Shown: one piece after another, positions 47,567 through 58,266 of the stretch
How positions within the stretch are numbered: position 1 is the first letter of the stretch
Layout: each line of letters opens with the position of its first letter
Assembly: GCA_963805585.1 (NCBI GenBank)
Contig: CAWDUR010000033.1
Span: 68,135-132,134, forward strand
Direction of reading: 5' to 3'
Source: an uncultured Chloroflexia bacterium
GTDB taxonomy: Bacteria; Chloroflexota; Limnocylindria; Limnocylindrales; CSP1-4
Length of the DNA: 64,000 nt
Notes under the pieces: generated by a model
The model's database searches: none
Told to the model about the DNA's origin: nothing
What the model saw: the letters and a program-made list of their open reading frames with translations, nothing else
Translations under genes and position numbers: made by a program

Positions 47567-48642
47567 TCAGCGCCTCAGCGAACGTGGATCGATGGTGCGG
47601 AAATCACGGCTCACTTCCCAGTGCACGTGCGGGCCGCTGGTGTGCCCGGTCAGGCCGACGAGGCCGATGCGCTGTCCACGACGGACGTGCTGCCCGGCAC
47701 GGACCAGGGCGACCGGCTTGAGGTGCGCGTAGATGGTCTCCAGGTCGTTCGCGTGGCCGATGATGACGACGTAGGCACGGCGCCCGTTGTCCCAGGGGTT
47801 CCAACCCACGTAGGCCACGTATCCATCGGCCGAGGCCCGCACGCGGGCGCCCGCGGCGGTGGCGATGTCGACGCCGTCGTGGAAGCGGGCACAGCCGGCC
47901 CGGCCGCGGCGGCTGCGCCGGGCGTCGTGACAGCCATAGCCCTGCGAGACGCGCCCCTCGGCCGGACGCAGGAGGCTGCGTGAAGCGGATGCTTCGTGCT
48001 GCGCGCGGCAGCGCGCTCCTTGGCGAGCGTGAGCATGAGGCCGATCTGGCTGCCGAGGACGGCTTCGGCATGCTCACGGGCCTGCCTGCGGGCCTCGACG
48101 CGACGCGGCCCCAGCGCCGATGGACCCGGGCCTGCCTGGTACGACGGAGTCGGTCGATCCGGCGCTCCAGCCGGTCGGCCTTGGCCTGTGGACGCCTGCT
48201 GCGCTCGTGCAGCGCGTGGACATGGTGGCGCAGGCAGGCCGGTCCGCGCGCTGCCGACCGGTCGGGCTGGGGTGCACGCGCAACTCGCGGTCACGGTGCG
48301 CTCGGGCGGTGGCGAGGCGCTCGTGGATGCGCGCCGAGGCGCTCGCGAGCGGCGTCGCGCCGAGCGATGCTGCGCTCGAGCCGGTGGGTGGTCCGCTGCG
48401 AGGTGCCGGCCCTGCTGCTCGCGGCGCCGCTCCAGGCGGACGATCTGCCGGTCCGCGCGGCGCATGGAGCGCTCTGCGCGGAGCTGTCGCGCGCGGATGG
48501 CGGCCACGCCGGTCGCGCCTTCCGCTGCCACTCGCGGCGGGACGACGCCGTCCACGGAGAGGAGCAGCAGGAACGCCAGCAGGGTGACCAGCGCTCGCGC
48601 GGCAGGCGCCGAGGAGACGTGCTCGGACGCGGCTCGGAACAT
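47567..48642 (-). CDS. Second secreted coiled-coil M23-family metallopeptidase; about four frame changes
   Basis: ATG 48642: [30 protein letters not shown] (signal). The helical region is broken across frames. The core is ..[34 protein letters not shown]...[22 protein letters not shown] (ORF 47567..47842). Confidence 0.8.
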
Positions 48643-48767
48643 GCGACCGATGCTCGGGACGGCCGGTGTGTCCCGGCACCACCCGGGCGTAGGACCCCCG
48701 TGGGACCATCGATGTGTCGTGACGAACGACGACACGAAGCCGGTGGGCGGCGGTGTAGCATCGGCAC

Positions 48768-50054
48768 GTGAGTCGCACGTTGGCGGTCGTTCTCGCCGGC
48801 GGCGAGGGAGAGCGCCTCTCGCTCCTGTCCGGCGTCCGCGCCAAGCCGGCCGTCCCCTTCGGCGGCAAGTACCGCATCATCGACTTCACGCTCTCGAACT
48901 GCGTCAACTCCGGCCTCACCAACGTCATCGTCCTGACGCAGTACGCGCCGCTCTCGCTCAACGATCACATCGGCGCGGGCCGTCCGTGGGACCTCGACCG
49001 CAACGTGGGCGGCATCCGCATCCTGCAGCCGTTCGTCGCGCGCGGCCGCGCCCGCGGAGTGGTATCGCGGCACGGCGGACGCCGTGGCCGCCGAACGTGC
49101 GACGCCATCCAGCAGTCGGGCGCGGACATCGTGGTCATCCTGGCCGGGGACCACATCTACAAGATGGACTACGGGCCCTTCGTCCAGCAGCACCGCCGCC
49201 GGCGCGCCGACGTGACGATCGCGGTCAAGCCGGTGCCCCTCGGCGAGGCGCACCGCTTCGGCGTCCTCGGCCTGGACGACAACGACGCGGTCACCGACTG
49301 GCAGGAGAAGCCGCGGCAGCCCCGCAGCGACCTGGCCAGCCTGGGCATCTACGTGTTCTCGCGCAAGGCCCTGCGACACCTGGCTGGGCGGAGGGCCGCG
49401 ACGACTTCGGCAGCGACGTCATCCCGGCCATGCTGGAGGCCGGCGCGCGCGTCTACGGCTACCGCTTCGACGGCTACTGGCAGGACGTGGGCACCGTGGA
49501 CAGCTATTGGGAAGCCCAGATGGAGCTGCTGGACGACCACGCCGCCGCTCGACCTGTTCGACCGTGACTGGGTCATCCACACGCGGTCGGAGGAACGCCC
49601 GCCGGCGCGCATCGGGTCCACGGCCAACGTCCACCGCAGCCTCATCAGCCACGGCTGCGTCATCGCCGGCACCGTCGAGCACTCGGTGCTGTCGCCCGGC
49701 GTGCGGGTCGACCCGGGCGCCATCGTGCGCGACAGCGTCATCATGTTCGACTGCGTCATCCGCGCCGGGGCGGTGGTCGACCGCGCCATCCTGGACAAGG
49801 AGGTGAGCGTCGGCCCCAACGCCGTGGTCGGCATGGGCACTGACTTCGACACGCCCAACGTGGCCGAGCCGGAGCGCCTCACGACCGGCATCACGGTGGT
49901 CGGCAAGCGGGCCATCATCCCGGCCTCCGCGCGCATCGGGCGCAACGTGCGCATCGCCGGTTCCGTGCGCCCGTCGGACTTCCGCTCCAAGCGGGTCCCC
50001 AGCGGCGGTAGCATCGAGCGGCGCACGCGGAAGCCCAGGTCGCGCAAGGCCTGA
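48768..50054 (+). CDS. glgC: Glucose-1-phosphate adenylyltransferase; internal out-of-frame stretches (about four frame changes that create no stop)
   Basis: [49 protein letters not shown]... Segments such as [17 protein letters not shown] and [15 protein letters not shown] are off-frame. The correct residues appear in ORF 47996..49567 ([46 protein letters not shown]). Confidence 0.9.
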   Translation: MSRTLAVVLAGGEGERLSLLSGVRAKPAVPFGGKYRIIDFTLSNCVNSGLTNVIVLTQYAPLSLNDHIGAGRPWDLDRNVGGIRILQPFVARGRARGVVSRHGGRRGRRTCDAIQQSGADIVVILAGDHIYKMDYGPFVQQHRRRRADVTIAVKPVPLGEAHRFGVLGLDDNDAVTDWQEKPRQPRSDLASLGIYVFSRKALRHLAGRRAATTSAATSSRPCWRPARASTATASTATGRTWAPWTAIGKPRWSCWTTTPPLDLFDRDWVIHTRSEERPPARIGSTANVHRSLISHGCVIAGTVEHSVLSPGVRVDPGAIVRDSVIMFDCVIRAGAVVDRAILDKEVSVGPNAVVGMGTDFDTPNVAEPERLTTGITVVGKRAIIPASARIGRNVRIAGSVRPSDFRSKRVPSGGSIERRTRKPRSRKA

Positions 50055-50068
50055 CGGCGACGCATCCC

Positions 50069-50618
50069 GTGTCGCCCATCGATGCCACCACCGTCGAGGG
50101 CTGGCTGGCTGAGCTGGACCTCGTGCCCCTCGAACGTGCGGAGCGCGATGGCGTCACGCAGCTGGGACTTCGTGCTGGATGGCCGTCGCCGCGCGAGCGT
50201 CCGTCTCACGCTCATCCTGGACCCGGCCCGCGCCGTGCTCCTGTGGGTGCACTTCGCGCCGCCACTGAACGACTCGTTCCGCGTCTCGTATCGCCAGTTC
50301 CTGCGCTGGAACGACGAGCTGCCCTTCGTCAAGTTCGCCCTCTCCGACGACGACCGGCCGGTGCTCACGTCGGAGCTGCTCGTCGAGGGTCTCGGCCGGG
50401 ACCGACTGGGACTGGCCGTCTGCCGCCTGCTGGCCGTCTGCGACCTGACGCTTGACCGCTCGGTGGTGTGGCTGTTCCCGGGCGCACGCAGCGCACCGCC
50501 CATGCCACATCCCTCCCGACAGCGGGCGCTCTTCGAGCGCTATGCGGCAGAGCTGGCCGAGCTCGTCGGCCCTGGCGAAGGGGAGGGCGCTATGGTGCTG
50601 TCCGATGATCGTCTCTGA
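50069..50618 (+). CDS. YbjN-like (type III chaperone-fold, putative sensory-transduction regulator) protein; one frame break near 50160
   Basis: MSPIDATTVEGWLAELDLVPLERAERDGVT (ORF 50069..50455) continues in ORF 50082..50618: SWDFVLDGRRRASVRLTLILDPARAVLLWVHFAP...FLRWNDELPFVKFALSDDDRPVLTSEL. Confidence 0.5.
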
Positions 50619-50701
50619 GGGCCCCGGCTCGGGAGCCGGCCAGCCTGGGGGTCGGCCTCGAGGTCCTGGCCGGCCGAGCCCTTGCTACACTCCCCATCCT
50701 G

Positions 50702-51738
50702 ATGGAGAGCGTGAATCGGGAGCGGCGGCGGCCCTCACACCAAGTCCTGAGCGGGGATACCGCGGACGTCTACTTCCGCCGTGCCGAGGAGATCCTGGCA
50801 GGCGAGGGCCTTGACCCGTTCGTGGTCATGGAGGTCTTCTCACGCCAGGAGGGCATCCTCTGTGGCATCGATGAGGCCAAGGTGCTGCTTGGCACACGCC
50901 CTGGCGGACAGCCCCGATGAAGTCGTCGTCGAGTCGCTCTCGGATGGTGAGACCTTCTCCCCCAAGGAGATCGTCATGCGCATCCGGGCGCGCTACCGGG
51001 CCTTCGGGCTCTACGAGACGGCCATCCTGGGCATGCTCGCCCAGTCGACCGGATGGGCCAACGCCGCTCGTGAGTGCGTCGAGGCTGCCGCGCCGCAGCC
51101 GGTCATCAGCTTCGGGGCTCGCCACGTCCATCCGCACGTGACCGACGCGCTGGACTACGCGGCCATCGTGGGTGGCTGCGTGGGTGCCTCGACCCCGGCC
51201 GGGGCGCGCCTGGCTGGGCTCTCGCCCATGGGGACCATGCCGCACTCGCTGGTGCTGGTCATCGGGGATACCGTGCGCGCGGCTGAGGCGTTCGATCGTC
51301 ACGTGGCGCCGGACGTCCCGCGCATCGTGCTCGTGGACACCTTCAAGGACGAGGCCGAAGAATCGCTGCGCGTGGCGCGAGCCCTCGGCGAGCGGCTCTA
51401 CGGCGTGCGCCTGGACACGCCGGCTGAGCGCGGCCGGGTGACCGCCGACCTCGTCAGCGAGGTGCGGGCACGCCTGGACCTGGAGGGTTTCAGCCACGTC
51501 AAGATCATCGTCTCGGGCGGGCTCACGCCTGACCGCATCTGGTACTTCAAGGACGCCGCTGCGCCCGGTCGACTTCTTCGCCGTGGGCAGCTACATCAGC
51601 GGCGCCACGCCCATCGACTTCACCGGTGACCTCAAGGAGATCGACGGCCGGGCCATCGCCAAGCGCGGCCGGATCCCCGGCCTGACCGAGAGCCCTCGTC
51701 TCGAGAGCATCGACCTGCACGACTGGCTCTCGAGCTAG
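50702..51738 (+). CDS. Nicotinate phosphoribosyltransferase (short archaeal/actinobacterial type); two frame changes
   Basis: ..VLSGDTADVYFRRAEEILAGEGLDPFVVMEVFSRQEGILCGIDEA (ORF 50702..50920) / ..FGLYETAILGMLAQSTGWANAA...ISFGARHVHP...GTMPHSLVLV...VLVDTF.DEAEESL..YGVRLDTP (ORF 50781..51629) / VDFFAVGSYISGATPIDFTGDLKEIDG..* (stop 51736-51738). Confidence 0.8.
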
Positions 51739-51813
51739 TCGCCGGGCCTCCAGCCGAGTCGCCGGCCAAGGGCGGGTGTCCGGCTCACGCTCACGACCGC
51801 GCCGATCGACACC

Positions 51814-52389
51814 TCAGCCGATCTCGCCTGCCTCAGCCAGGCGCCCCAGACGCAGGAGCCCGATGATGGTCTTGGCGTCCTCGATCTGCCCGGCGCCGGC
51901 CATGGCCACCGCTTCGCGCCAGGGCAGACGGTGGACCTCCAGGTGCTCATCCTCGTCGGGTCCCTGGTAGTCCTGAAGGGGCGCCAGGTCCGTGGCCAGG
52001 TAGAGGTGCATGAGCTCATCCGCGAAGCCGGGCGCGCTCCAGAAGCGACCCAGACGGCGCCACCGTCCGGCCAGGTAGCCGGTCTCTTCGGCGAGCTCGC
52101 GGGGTGCCGCCCGGTCCGGATCCTCCACCGACCCGTCGGGCATGCGGTCCAACGTGCCGGCAGGCAGCTCCATGAGCACACGACCGATGGGGTTGCGGAA
52201 CTGGCGCACCAGGAGGATGTCGTCCCCGTGGAGGGGAACCACGCAGACGGCACCGGGATGCTCGACCACCTCACGGGGGTGACGCCGGCCGGCGGCGTCC
52301 TCGATGGTGTCGACGCGGAAGGTGATGAAGCGGCCCCGGTGCAGCACGCGCTGCTCGACCGTGGTCTCGATGAGGTGTTCGTCGCTCAT
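51814..52389 (-). CDS. NUDIX hydrolase (ADP-ribose pyrophosphatase-like)
   Basis: ATG 52389: MSDEHLIETTVEQRVLHRGRFITFRVDTI. Nudix box: LPAGTLDRMPDGSVEDPDRAAPRELAEETGY. Confidence 0.85.
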   Translation of the reverse strand: MSDEHLIETTVEQRVLHRGRFITFRVDTIEDAAGRRHPREVVEHPGAVCVVPLHGDDILLVRQFRNPIGRVLMELPAGTLDRMPDGSVEDPDRAAPRELAEETGYLAGRWRRLGRFWSAPGFADELMHLYLATDLAPLQDYQGPDEDEHLEVHRLPWREAVAMAGAGQIEDAKTIIGLLRLGRLAEAGEIG

Positions 52390-52578
52390 GGTCGCAGCAT
52401 AGGGGGCTCCCTGGGGTGGTGCGTCGCCGCACATCCCGTCCTAGTACGTCTTCCCCATGGAGGGTCTGGCCGATCGTGGCCAGTATCGGGGGCGTCAGGG
52501 TCCTTCCCCCTCGACCGAGCCCGAGCACTCGAGACCAGGCACCGCGGGCTCCGCCCGACCTCACAGGGAGAATCAGTG

Positions 52579-52662
52579 ATGAGCCAATTCAAGGGATTGG
52601 CGCTCCGCCTCGCGGTGGTCGCCTCGTTCGTGCTCGTGCTGGCGGCCCCCCTCCGCTGGTAG
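52579..52662 (+). CDS. Candidate 27-aa hydrophobic micro-protein
   Basis: AGGGAGAA RBS 7 nt before ATG 52579 (a GTG sits 3 nt earlier). MSQFKGLALRLAVVASFVLVLAAPLRW* is a single TM-like helix with GC3-biased codons. It is below the track length cut-off as a stand-alone ORF and appears as the tail of ORF 51931..52662. Confidence 0.35.
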   Translation: MSQFKGLALRLAVVASFVLVLAAPLRW

Positions 52663-52684
52663 CACGCGTCGACGGACGCTGACA

Positions 52685-52722
52685 GGGCCAGCGACACCGA
52701 CTCTCGCGACGGTCGCTGGCCC
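52685..52722 (+). other. Perfect 11-bp stem-loop (GGGCCAGCGAC N16 GTCGCTGGCCC) downstream of the micro-ORF
   Basis: Read directly from the sequence, in the 147-nt spacer between the micro-ORF stop and the DUF5317 start. Confidence 0.45.
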
Positions 52723-52757
52723 GCTCCTCGCAGTGTCGCGAGACCGGATGACGTGAC

Positions 52758-52786
52758 GCCGGCGCCCTCGTGCGCCGGCGCTTTCC
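52758..52786 (+). terminator. Weak intrinsic-terminator-like or attenuator hairpin (GCCGGCGC cctcgt GCGCCGGC followed by GCTTTCC)
   Basis: 8-bp GC stem, 6-nt loop and a short T-containing tail. It lies about 25 nt upstream of the proposed DUF5317 start. Confidence 0.35.
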
Positions 52787-52809
52787 GCTCGGAGGCACCG
52801 TACCGGACC

Positions 52810-53394
52810 GTGCTGCTGCTGTATTCCATCGTCGCGGGGTTGCTCATCGGCCGCCTCCTCGGTGGGCGCGCCGGACACCTCGAGGACGTGCGCTTCACCT
52901 GGTGGCCGCTGGCGCTGGCAGGCCTGGCCGTCCAGCTCGTGCTCTTCGCAGGGCCGGTGGCCGAGCGAGTCGGTGCGGAGGGGCCCCCGATCTACGTGGC
53001 GTCCACGCTCGTGGTCTTGGCCGCGCTCTTGCGTAACCTGGCGCTGCCGGGGCTGGCCATCGTGGCTCTTGGTGCGGTCCTCAACCTCGTGCCCGTCGTG
53101 GCCAACGGCGGCGCCATGCCTTCCTCGCCGGACGCCTGGCTGGCGCTCAACGGCGTCGCGGAGCTGCCGGTCCGCCACTTCTCGAACTCCGTGCTGATCG
53201 GTCCAGGCACGCCCTTCGCCATCCTGGGCGACATCTTCGTCTGGCCGCGGCCGCTGCCGCTGGCCAACGTCTTCTCCATCGGGGATGCCGTCATCGCCAT
53301 CGGAGCCGTCGTCTTCCTGGTGGCCGGCATGCGGCCGACCTGGCGACCATGGGCCGCTGCGCGCCGCCTGGCCACGCTGCCTCGGGGCCAGTGA
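52810..53394 (+). CDS. DUF5317-family integral membrane protein
   Basis: GTG 52810, in frame with ORF 52753..53394, with GGAGG 14 nt upstream. (V)LLLYSIVAGLLIGRLLGGRAGHL..WWPLALAGLAVQLVLF...VVANGGAMP...GDIFVWPRPLPLANVFSIGDAVIAIG fits the DUF5317 pattern. Its stop overlaps the next gene's start (GTGA). Confidence 0.65.
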   Translation: MLLLYSIVAGLLIGRLLGGRAGHLEDVRFTWWPLALAGLAVQLVLFAGPVAERVGAEGPPIYVASTLVVLAALLRNLALPGLAIVALGAVLNLVPVVANGGAMPSSPDAWLALNGVAELPVRHFSNSVLIGPGTPFAILGDIFVWPRPLPLANVFSIGDAVIAIGAVVFLVAGMRPTWRPWAAARRLATLPRGQ

Positions 53395-55392
53395 CGACGG
53401 AGGCGACGCCAGGGTCCGGCCACGCACCCCAGGCGCAGGCCGCCCTGGCTCGGCTGGCACAGGCCGTGGACGCCGACCGCGCAGCCCGCCTCTACGTCGA
53501 TCGCGGAGACGGTGTCCTGGAGCTGGTCGCTGACATCGGCCCGACGGGCGCTTCCATCCTCCCTCACGGAGAGGCCCCTCCCGCCCGCGGCGCGGGTCCT
53601 CGCGAGGCTGAGCGCGGACGGCTGAGACGCTGGCTGTCGCCCGTCCAGCCGAGTGCGTCCGGCTCGGTCACACGCCTGCACCTGCCGGATGACCGGGGGG
53701 GCCTGCTCGTGCTCGAACGACAGCGCGCCGAACCGTTCAGCGAGGACGACCTGGCTATCGCGAGGGTCCAGGCCCGGCGACTGGTGGGCACCGTGGCCAC
53801 CCGTCTGGGCCCGCGGCCCATCACCTGGTCGTCGCACCTCGAGGCGGTCCAGTCGGTCGCGGCGCAACTCACCCGCCTGACCAGCGTCGAGGAGGTCACC
53901 TCGGCCCTCTGTGCCCACACCCAGCGCGTCGTGTCCTTCGATAACGCGCGTGTCTACGTGCTCCGCGACGATGGTCGGATGCTCGACCCGGTGGCCTGGC
54001 AGTCACAGGTCAGCGAGTACCAGGGCGAGACCGTGGAAGGCCTGCGGGTCACCGTGGGCCAGGGCATCACGGGCTGGGTGGCGCTCACCGGCCAGCCACT
54101 CAACGTCCCCGACGCTGACTCCGACCCGCGGGCCATCGAAGTGCCCGGCTCGCTGGACCTGCTCGAGGAATCGATGCTCCTGGCGCCTCTCCGCTCCGAG
54201 GGCCGCATCATCGGCGTCGTCGTGCTCTCCCGACTGGGCCTGGCGCGCTTCTCCGATGACGAGCTGCGCCTGCTCTGCGTGCTCGCGGACCTGGCGGCTG
54301 TGGCCATCGAGAACGCCCGGCTCCTGGCCGAGCGTGACCGCCATGTGGCCGAGCTGGAGGCGCTGCTGGACATCAGCCAGGCCGGAGGCGAGGCCAAGGA
54401 CGAGGCTGATCTGGCAGGCGTCCTGTCAGAGCGGCTGTGTCGCGCGGCGGGCATGGACACCTGCCTCATCTGGCGCTGGGACCAGCAGAGCGGCGACCTC
54501 GTGGCCATCGGTGCCGCTGGCCGCTCCCTCGAGGAGACGCCGCGCGACCTCGCCGTCGATCGACTGGCACGTCACGTGCTCATCACCGACGAGCCCCTGC
54601 GATTGGACGGACGATCCGGGCGGCTTCGATCCAGCCGGCCAGGCCCGACTGACGGAGTTGGGTGGTGGTTCGGCGCTCCTCGTGCCTCTCTCCACGGGCG
54701 GACGCGTGGTCGGCTTGGCGGAGCTGGCTGCCCGCGCGGACGGCCGCTACTTCCACGCTGGCGAGATCGCCTGGCTGCGCACGATGGCCAATCAGGCGGC
54801 CGGCGCGCTGGAGAATGCCAGCCTCGTGCGCCAACTCCGCGACGCCGCTGAAACGGATACGGTAACGGGTGTCTACAGCCACCGTCATCTGCAGGACCGC
54901 ATCCGTCAGGAGACGGCGCGGGCGGCCCGCTCAGGCTCCCCGTTGAGCGTCCTCATGGTGGATCTTGACGACTTCAAACGGGTCAATGATGCCTACGGCC
55001 ACCAGGCCGGCGACCGCGTGCTGCGGGCCATCGCCGGCGCACTGCGTGCTGCCGTGCGGACGAGCGACGTGGTGGCCCGCTACGGCGGTGACGAATTCGT
55101 CGTGCTGATGCCCGATACGGATGGAGCGGAGGCGGCTCGTGTCGCGCAGCGAGCCGGCGAGGCCGTGGCAGCGAAGGCCCATCCCATGACCGATGGCACG
55201 GAGGTCCACGTCACCTGCAGCGCGGGGCTGGCGCTCTACCCCCGTGACGGCAACAGCGCCCGGCGGCTGCTGCGCAGTGCGGATGCAGCCATGTATACGC
55301 ACAAGCGAGCGCGATCCTCGGCAGGCCGCGCGGCCGTGACCATCCACGGCTCGCCCATGGACCGGAAGGCTCCCGGCGCGTCGGTCCGCTAG
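53391..55392 (+). CDS. Multi-GAF diguanylate cyclase (GAF-GAF-GAF-GGDEF with an RxxD I-site); one frame break near 54600
   Basis: GTG 53391. GAF blocks include ..SFDNARVYVLRDDGRMLDPVAW...GITGWVALTGQPLNVPDA...MLLAPLRSEGRIIGVVVLS. It continues in ORF 53911..55392 with VTGVYSHRHLQDRI...LSVLMVDLDDFKRVNDAYGHQAGDRVL...RTSDVVARYGGDEFVVLM. Confidence 0.85.
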
Positions 55393-55422
55393 GCCGCCTG
55401 GCAGCGGGTCGACCTCGCGGCA

Positions 55423-55447
55423 ACTTTGTCAACACACTTGACAAAGT
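55423..55447. promoter_or_regulatory. Perfect 10-bp inverted repeat ACTTTGTCAA-cacac-TTGACAAAGT (candidate ROK/NagC-type operator overlapping a TTGACA -35-like hexamer)
   Basis: An AT-rich palindrome in GC-rich DNA, 46 nt upstream of the ROK regulator ATG (55493) and 31 nt after the cyclase stop. Confidence 0.55.
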
Positions 55448-55492
55448 GCGCTACGCTTGGGGCGTCCAGTCGAATGCTAGTCAGCGAGGCCC

Positions 55493-56689
55493 ATGCCCGC
55501 CGCCACGCTCGAGAAGGCGACCCACCAGGCCACGAGGCGCTCCAACGAGCGTCTCGTGCTGCGTACCGTCTTCGAGCAGGGACCCCTCAGTCGGGCGGAC
55601 GTCGCCCGCGCCACGGGGCTGACCCGGACGACCGTCTCGGATGTCGTCGAAGGCCTCATCGGCGACGGCCTGGCCAGGGAGATGGGCGTGGGGCCGTCGA
55701 CCGGGGGCAAGGCGCCCATCCTGCTGGAGGTGCCCGCTGACGCACGCCACCTGGTCGGCGTGGACGTGGACCGGGACCGCCTCAGCGGGGCCATCGTGAA
55801 CCTGCGCGGAGAGGTGCGGGGCCGAGCCTCCCGGGACCTGGCCGGCCGCGATGGCCCGGAGGCGCTCGACGACCTGGCGTCGCTCGTCACGGAGCTGACG
55901 CGCGCAGCCCTCGTGCCGCTGGCCGGGATCGGCGTCGGCACGCCGGGGCTCGTCGATACGGCCACGGGTGTGGTGCGCTGGGCGGTGGGTCTGGAGTGGT
56001 GCGATGTGGCGGTCGGACCGCGGCTCGCCGAGCTCACCGGCCTGCCGGTCATCGTGGTCAACGACTCCCAGGCCGCGGCCATGGGTGAATGGGCCTTCGG
56101 TCGCCACGATGCGTCGACCGCCATGATCGTGCTCAAGGTGGGCGAGGGCATCGGTGCGGGCATCGTCATCGGTGGCCGTCTGTATCCGGGCGACGATGCC
56201 GGCGCCGGAGAGATCGGACACACCCGTGTCGGGGAGGGCGAGGCGCTCTGCCGCTGTGGCGGGCGGGGCTGCCTGGAGACCGTGGCCAGCCTGCGTGCCG
56301 TCCTGGAGCGGGCCCAAGCCCTGGTCGAGCAGCATCCGGATCACGGCTCGCCCAGGGTCCCTTGACGCGTGATGCGCTGCTGGTCGCATTCCGCGACGGG
56401 GACACGCTGGCCCGTCAGGTCGTGCTGGAGTCGGCCCGACCGCTGGGTCGTGTCCTGGGGGCCATGATCGGCACGCTGGGTGCGCGCGAGGTCGTGCTCG
56501 TGGGTCCCATGACGGCCTTCGGCCAGCCCTGGCTCGACGAGGTCCGGGCAGAGACGCAGCGCTCCGCGCTGGCTATGCTCGTGGAAAAGCTCGAGCATCC
56601 ACCTGGGCACGACCGGCCCAGACGTCGTGGAACTGGGAGCCGCGGCCATGCTCATGACCACCGAGCTCGGACTGGCGTTCGCTCGATGA
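55493..56689 (+). CDS. ROK-family transcriptional regulator (NagC/XylR-like); two frame changes
   Basis: N-terminal wHTH: NERLVLRTVFEQGPLSRADVARATGLTRTTVSDVVEGLIGDGL. ROK core: GIGVGTPGLVD..VVNDSQAAAMGE...GAGIVIGGRLYPG..AGEIGH. Zinc motif: CRCGGRGCLE. It continues in ORF 56089..56763 (DALLVAFRDGDTLARQVVLESARPLG...VVLVGP) and a third frame (..LGAAAMLMTTELGLAFAR*, stop 56687-56689). Confidence 0.85.
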
Positions 56690-56845
56690 CCACCATCCGT
56701 CGCGAGGACCACCGCGCCTCCCCTGTGGAGGACGCAGCAGGGAGGAGGGCAGCCACGGCCTGATCGTCACGGCCGACGCGCTCGCGTCCGCGCCGTCCAA
56801 GCATCGTCTCCACCCGGTGACGGGTGGGACCAAGGAGGAGGTGTC

Positions 56846-58244
56846 ATGCACACCAAGAGATGGACCATCGCCGGCACCGTGCTGGCGACCCTGGCCCTCA
56901 CGGCCAGCAGCATCGGCGTCGTGGCCCAGGACGAGAGCGCTGCGCCAGCGGAGCCCGTGGCTTCGACCGGATACGCTGAGCTCGACCAGGCCATGGGCGC
57001 CGACCAGCCGCTGGCCGGGAGCCAAGGTCACCATGCAGACGCAGTGGATCGGCGGCGAGGGTGACAACTTCGATGCCGCGCTGCAGCCCTTCGTCGACGC
57101 CACCGGCATCCAGGTCTCGGTCGCCCAGGTGCCTTCGGGCCAGCACGAGACGCTCGTGAACGTCTCCCTCAACGGCGGCGCTGCTGCCGACATCATCCAG
57201 CTGGCGCAGCCGGCCGCCATCCTCGAGTACGGCGCGCAGGGCCTCATCCAGGACATCGCCCCGATGCTCGATACGGACAAGCTCCTGGCCGAGCATCCGG
57301 CGACGCTGCCGCTCTACACGGCTGACGGCAAGATCTACGGCGATGCCCTACAAGGTCGACGTCAAGTCGGTCGTGTGGTATCCGATCAAGGCCTTCGAGG
57401 CGGCCGGCTATGCGGTCCCCACGACGTGGGACGAGCTGATCGCCCTCTCCGACCAGATCGTCGCGGACGGCAGCAGCCCCTGGTGCGTGGGCATGGAGGC
57501 CGGCCCGGCGACGGGCTGGATCGCGACCGACTGATCGAGGACATCATGCTGCGCACGACGAGCGTGGAGAACTACAACAAGTGGGCCGCGCTCGAGCTCC
57601 CCTTCAACTCACCCGAGGTGAAGAAGGCCTTCGACCTGGCGGGCCAGATCTACTTCACGCCTGACTATGTCCTGGGCGGCAGCACGGCCATCCTGGCCAC
57701 GGCCCAGACCGACGCGATGGACCCCATGTTCACCGACGACCTGGCGGCCCCCGACTGCTGGATGCAGAAGCAGGCCACCTGGTACGGCCCTGACTTCTTC
57801 CCCGACATGAAGGCGACCGGCTCCTCCCAGTTCGTCGTGGGTGAGGACGTCGGGCCTGTTCTACTTCCCGCCCATCGATCCCGAGTACGGGCAACCCGGC
57901 GCTGGGCTCTGGTGACGCGTTCATGGTCAGCCAGGACCGGCCCGAGGTCCGTGCCCTCCTGCAGTACCTGGCCACGCCGGAAGGCATCAAGGCCTGGATC
58001 GACGCTGGCAGCGCGATCTCGGCCAACCAGGCCACCCCGACCGACTGGTACGCGGGCAACTACAAGCTCGAGGTCGCCTCTGGCATCGTGGCCAACGCGA
58101 CGTCCTTCGGCGTTCGATGCGTCCGACCTGATGCCGGCCTCGGTGCCGGCCTTCTGGTCTGGCGTGGTCGACTGGATCTCGGCCAACGGTGAGAACACCG
58201 ACGCGGTGCTCCAGGGCATCGACACTGCCCTCGCCGGCGGCTGA
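56846..58244 (+). CDS. Carbohydrate ABC transporter substrate-binding protein (family 1, NgcE/MalE-like); at least six frame changes
   Basis: AAGGAGGAGG RBS, ATG 56846. MHTKRWTIAGTVLATLALTASSIGVVAQDESAAP.. / KVTMQTQWIGGEGDNFDAALQPFVDATGIQV.. / PYKVDVKSVVWYPIKAFEAAGYAVPTTWDELIALSDQIVADGSSPWCVGMEAG / ..ATWYGPDFFP.. / GDAFMVSQDRPEVRALLQYLATPEG / FDASDLMPASVPAFWSGVVDWI..*. Confidence 0.85.
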
Positions 58245-58266
58245 TAGGTTCGCTTCGTACGCACCT

